A stretch of 64,000 nucleotides of DNA, taken from assembly GCA_964473825.1 (NCBI GenBank), contig CAYYQL010000002.1, positions 128,001-192,000 on the forward strand, read 5' to 3'. Source of the DNA: an uncultured archaeon (GTDB lineage: Archaea > Asgardarchaeota > Thorarchaeia > Thorarchaeales > Thorarchaeaceae). The translations under genes were made by a program, and so were the position numbers. This document shows positions 60,818-64,000 of this stretch, in pieces. Under the pieces are notes generated by a model. The model did no database searches, had not been told where the DNA came from, and saw only the letters and a program-made list of their open reading frames with translations. Position 1 is the stretch's first letter. Each line of letters opens with the position of its first letter.

Positions 60818-62050
60818 GTGATACAAGTGAGTGGAAAACGACGCCTAGATGAATTGCGCAAAAGGGCAGAACAACACTCTAGGAATTCGGAAAAAGCACG
60901 AGTTCAAGAATCCATCACAAATGCAATCGGTGATAGAAGAGGAAGGGATCTTGTAGACCAGATTTCGAAGATTGAGAAGCATTCAGGATGGGAGCATGTG
61001 GTGGAGGTATTGGCTTCAGCGCGGCTTGCAGAGTATTCTACTCCTATAGCACTCGGATTCCAGAAGAGGAAGCTGGAACCGTTGAAGTTCAGAGAGGTGT
61101 TGTTCGGACTCTTTTCATGTTCAGGTTTTGAACCGATAGATGTTCCCACCGAAGAGATTCTTAATCAGCTTTATGAAGTTGATAGTTTCGTTAAGGCGAA
61201 CACTCTATTCCGGGCTCTTATTGAAAATCATGCTTCGAATCAGATTAAATCAGGAGACCTGTTATTCTTCTCAGGGGACTCGTGGAATTCTGACATAACT
61301 GAGAGAGTCAACTCGCTACAAGAGAGTCAAATGGAGAATTTTGTTCTACCCAGTGTGAATGAGAATGTTCAACTACAGAAACTATGGAGGACAGAGTTAG
61401 GACGCCGCCTGCTTGCTAATCTAGGTGTGAAAGGGACTATCCTCAATCTCGATAGTGATGTAATACAGATATTAACTGTATCATTTCCTGGTTTGACAAC
61501 GACAACAGAGAAACAAGTGAAGGCCAACTCACAGATACCTAACGTTCCTTCCCTTCCGGTTTATGACCGTCTGCTTACGGCTATTATTGAGCATGAGATA
61601 GAAGATCTCCGGAACCTAGGTAGTCAATGGGCATATCCAGTTCTTGACTACTACGTGAGTGAGTCACTGAGAGATTATTTGGAAAGTGATAGTCCAGAGG
61701 AGTATCGGCGATATCTGAGTGGTCTCAATGCACATATTGCGGTCCGTGCTGTTGAATCGATATCTACGTTCCAGAAACTCATAGAAAGAATTGACGTCCC
61801 TAGAGTTTCAGAGCCAGCAGCACTTGCCCTGGGAAACTTCTTCACTGAACCAGCCATCGCTGTTCTCTTGGAAAAAGTCTGTTCTACGTTAGATGAAACA
61901 AGCGAAGCTGCTCTGAGAGCATTGCAACGGATTCATGACTTTACACCCGAAGCTGAGCCAATGATAAGACTGGCAGCTGAGACCAACTGCAGGTCAGCTG
62001 CAAGACTGAATGCAATACTGGAAACACGTATTTGGAGCTCATCGCGTTGA
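60818..62050 (+). CDS. Hypothetical helical protein with C-terminal HEAT-like repeats
   Basis: 410-aa ORF; PAALALGN, EAALRALQRI. Confidence 0.75.
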   Translation: MIQVSGKRRLDELRKRAEQHSRNSEKARVQESITNAIGDRRGRDLVDQISKIEKHSGWEHVVEVLASARLAEYSTPIALGFQKRKLEPLKFREVLFGLFSCSGFEPIDVPTEEILNQLYEVDSFVKANTLFRALIENHASNQIKSGDLLFFSGDSWNSDITERVNSLQESQMENFVLPSVNENVQLQKLWRTELGRRLLANLGVKGTILNLDSDVIQILTVSFPGLTTTTEKQVKANSQIPNVPSLPVYDRLLTAIIEHEIEDLRNLGSQWAYPVLDYYVSESLRDYLESDSPEEYRRYLSGLNAHIAVRAVESISTFQKLIERIDVPRVSEPAALALGNFFTEPAIAVLLEKVCSTLDETSEAALRALQRIHDFTPEAEPMIRLAAETNCRSAARLNAILETRIWSSSR

Positions 62051-62096
62051 TTGCGGCCAATCGTATTACAAGTATTCCTTATAATACGTGACGTTC

Positions 62097-62501
62097 TTAT
62101 CGTGGAAGTGTCCATTCTGAATGCTCTTCAACTGGAACAAACCCCAGGATTAAGTTGCCTCGAACTTCATCGAACTTGAACACTCCGAAAATATGGCGGT
62201 CGCTACTGTTCCCCCAATCGATTCTTTGTCGAGCGATCAGGTTCTCAAAGAGAGACCTGCATTGTCGCCTTACCGTCAAGAAAAGATTCCGATACCGTCT
62301 GCGTTGAGATGGTCGGATATCCCACCGCTCTAGAATAAAACGATTGGCAAGGCTATTGCTCGAGATCAGGATTGATCTCTTTTTCATGTTTGACAACTGT
62401 ACACTCTCTTCCAGTGCCTTTCTCAAAATATCAGGAGCGGTTGCCAGAATAGACGGCGTTGCGATTGGTTCTTTGAATGCTATGCTGTTCTTCTTGGACA
62501 A
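62097..62501 (-). CDS. Hypothetical basic protein
   Basis: 134-aa ORF, GAGG SD, Arg-rich. Confidence 0.7.
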   Translation of the reverse strand: MSKKNSIAFKEPIATPSILATAPDILRKALEESVQLSNMKKRSILISSNSLANRFILERWDIRPSQRRRYRNLFLTVRRQCRSLFENLIARQRIDWGNSSDRHIFGVFKFDEVRGNLILGFVPVEEHSEWTLPR

Positions 62502-62660
62502 ATGCCTCGACCATCCTCACACTAATACTGTGTGTCTTGGCTTAAGAAGACCACAATCAAGATGAACGCATCAGCCGCCTAACAACTGCACACTCTCTTC
62601 CAGTTCCTTCTTCGGTGAACTAATATCATTACACGGACCTAGCTTTCAGGGTGTAGTGTG

Positions 62661-64000
62661 TTGAAACAAAGAGCCAGAATTCACGTTACAGGTATAGTAC
62701 AGGGAGTTGGATTCAGGCCCTTCATCTTTCGTCAGGCAAAAGAACGGTCTCTACAAGGTTATGTCCTCAATCTCGGAGATGCTGGCGTTAGAATAGTGAC
62801 AGAGGGCGATGAAGAGAAAATCCAAGATTTCATTCAAGAGATACAGAGTAATCCACCATCGATATCACGCATAGAAACTCTGGATACTGAATGGATGGAA
62901 CCAACCGGAGAATTCAACGACTTCGTTATCAAGAAATCATCGACCGGAAGAAGCAAGGATGCTGCACCTGAGATTCCACCAGACATAGCAATATGTCGGG
63001 ACTGTGTTGAAGACCTATTTGATCCAAATTCTCGGTGGCACCTCTACCCCTTTACATCGTGTGCTGCCTGTGGACCTCGGTTTTCCACTATCACCGACCT
63101 TCCTTACGATAGACCCAATACAACCATGGATGATTTTCCACTATGTGATACTTGTAATACGGGTTATACAAATCCACTCGATAGAAGGTACCATGCTCAA
63201 ACCACAGCGTGTGAGAGGTGTGGTCCTTCCTACAGACTTGTTGATAAGCAAGGAAATCTAGTCGAAGATGAAGATCCTGTTCCTGTTGCTGTATCTATGC
63301 TTGACCAAGGAAGGATTGTAGCGCTACAAGGAATATCTGGTACGCATCTTGCCACAATAGTGTCAGATCCTAATCCAATACGCAAGTTGCGTCGAAGGAA
63401 GCGAAAGTCGCATCGCCCCTTTGCTGTGATGTTTCGGGATATCGAAACCGTCAAGACACAGTTTGACCTCAGTGATATGGAACAGGACTTGCTCTTATCA
63501 TGGAGAAGGCCTATTGTTCTCTTGACTATTGGAGACGATGTATCACGTGTAATACCTCAGTCTTCAATTGACCAGATTGCACCTGGCCTGGATAGCATAG
63601 GAGTGATGCTGCCCTATGCGCCGATGCATCATATGCTATTCGAGTATACAGATGAACCCGCATTGATTATGACGAGTGCAAATCCGTCCGGTGTCCCCAT
63701 GTACATCGAACCAGACAGGATTATTTCGGACCTGAGAGATATTACTGATTTCTCTCTTGTTCATGATAGACGAATTCATCAACGGGCAGACGATTCTGTC
63801 ATTAAACCATTGACCAAGTCGAAGGCGGTATTCATTCGTCGTTCACGTGGTTACGTTCCAGAACCGATAGGGGTTCGTGGTCCTTGGGGCGACTTGACCG
63901 GTATTGCTGTTGGACCTGAAGAGAAAGTCACGGGATCTGTGCTCAAGGCTAGCAACGCCTACCTTACACAGTACATTGGTGATGTCGACAAAGTAGAAAC
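62661..64000 (+). CDS. hypF: [NiFe]-hydrogenase maturation carbamoyltransferase HypF (partial, runs off window)
   Basis: Manual translation MKQRARIHVTGIVQGVGFRPF; IPPDIAICRDC, CAACGPRF, LPYDR, DRRYHAQ. Confidence 0.95.
   Translation, partial: MKQRARIHVTGIVQGVGFRPFIFRQAKERSLQGYVLNLGDAGVRIVTEGDEEKIQDFIQEIQSNPPSISRIETLDTEWMEPTGEFNDFVIKKSSTGRSKDAAPEIPPDIAICRDCVEDLFDPNSRWHLYPFTSCAACGPRFSTITDLPYDRPNTTMDDFPLCDTCNTGYTNPLDRRYHAQTTACERCGPSYRLVDKQGNLVEDEDPVPVAVSMLDQGRIVALQGISGTHLATIVSDPNPIRKLRRRKRKSHRPFAVMFRDIETVKTQFDLSDMEQDLLLSWRRPIVLLTIGDDVSRVIPQSSIDQIAPGLDSIGVMLPYAPMHHMLFEYTDEPALIMTSANPSGVPMYIEPDRIISDLRDITDFSLVHDRRIHQRADDSVIKPLTKSKAVFIRRSRGYVPEPIGVRGPWGDLTGIAVGPEEKVTGSVLKASNAYLTQYIGDVDKVE

Larger units (their letters stand above)
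53272..63555. repeat. Dispersed GTAWTAC heptads, mostly in 9-bp-period tandem arrays
   Basis: Exact copies at 53272, 55896, 56604, 58052, 58527, 59539, 60410, 60740, 61460, 62063, 63154, 63549; most have degenerate partners exactly 9 bp away. Confidence 0.75.

Overview
Archaeal chromosomal window, about 48% GC by eye. Gene content (Asgard-type small GTPase, unsplit rpoB, heavily intron-interrupted tRNAs) suggests an Asgard archaeon, most likely Thorarchaeia; this is an inference. Most of it is core information-processing genes: rpoD, rpoB/A'/A'', nusA, ribosomal proteins, aIF5B, aEF1A, TFE, MBF1, PAN, NAC, GatDE. It also holds an SRP RNA and 10 tRNA genes carrying 11 BHB introns, 4 of them at non-canonical sites. 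Four candidates for undescribed biology stand out. (1) An AAA+ ATPase and ribbon-helix-helix gene pair (56.7-57.9 kb) sits inside a ~10 kb field of quasi-palindromic GTAWTAC heptads arranged in 9-bp-period tandem arrays, found at convergent gene ends and inside CDSs; this resembles a centromere/partition or bipartite initiator system. (2) An ECF transporter whose S-component and a neighbouring exported phosphoesterase both carry a Cys-less molybdopterin-binding-fold domain, next to a Mo/W-bisPGD enzyme, is a candidate pterin-cofactor salvage system. (3) A hidden operon of paralogous Tyr-rich microproteins has its own TATA box and a perfect palindrome upstream. (4) A membrane-anchored Pro/Gly-repeat protein ends in a WH2/MIM1-like helix. 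No CRISPR, rRNA or transposase was seen. All assignments come from manual motif reading; no searches were run.
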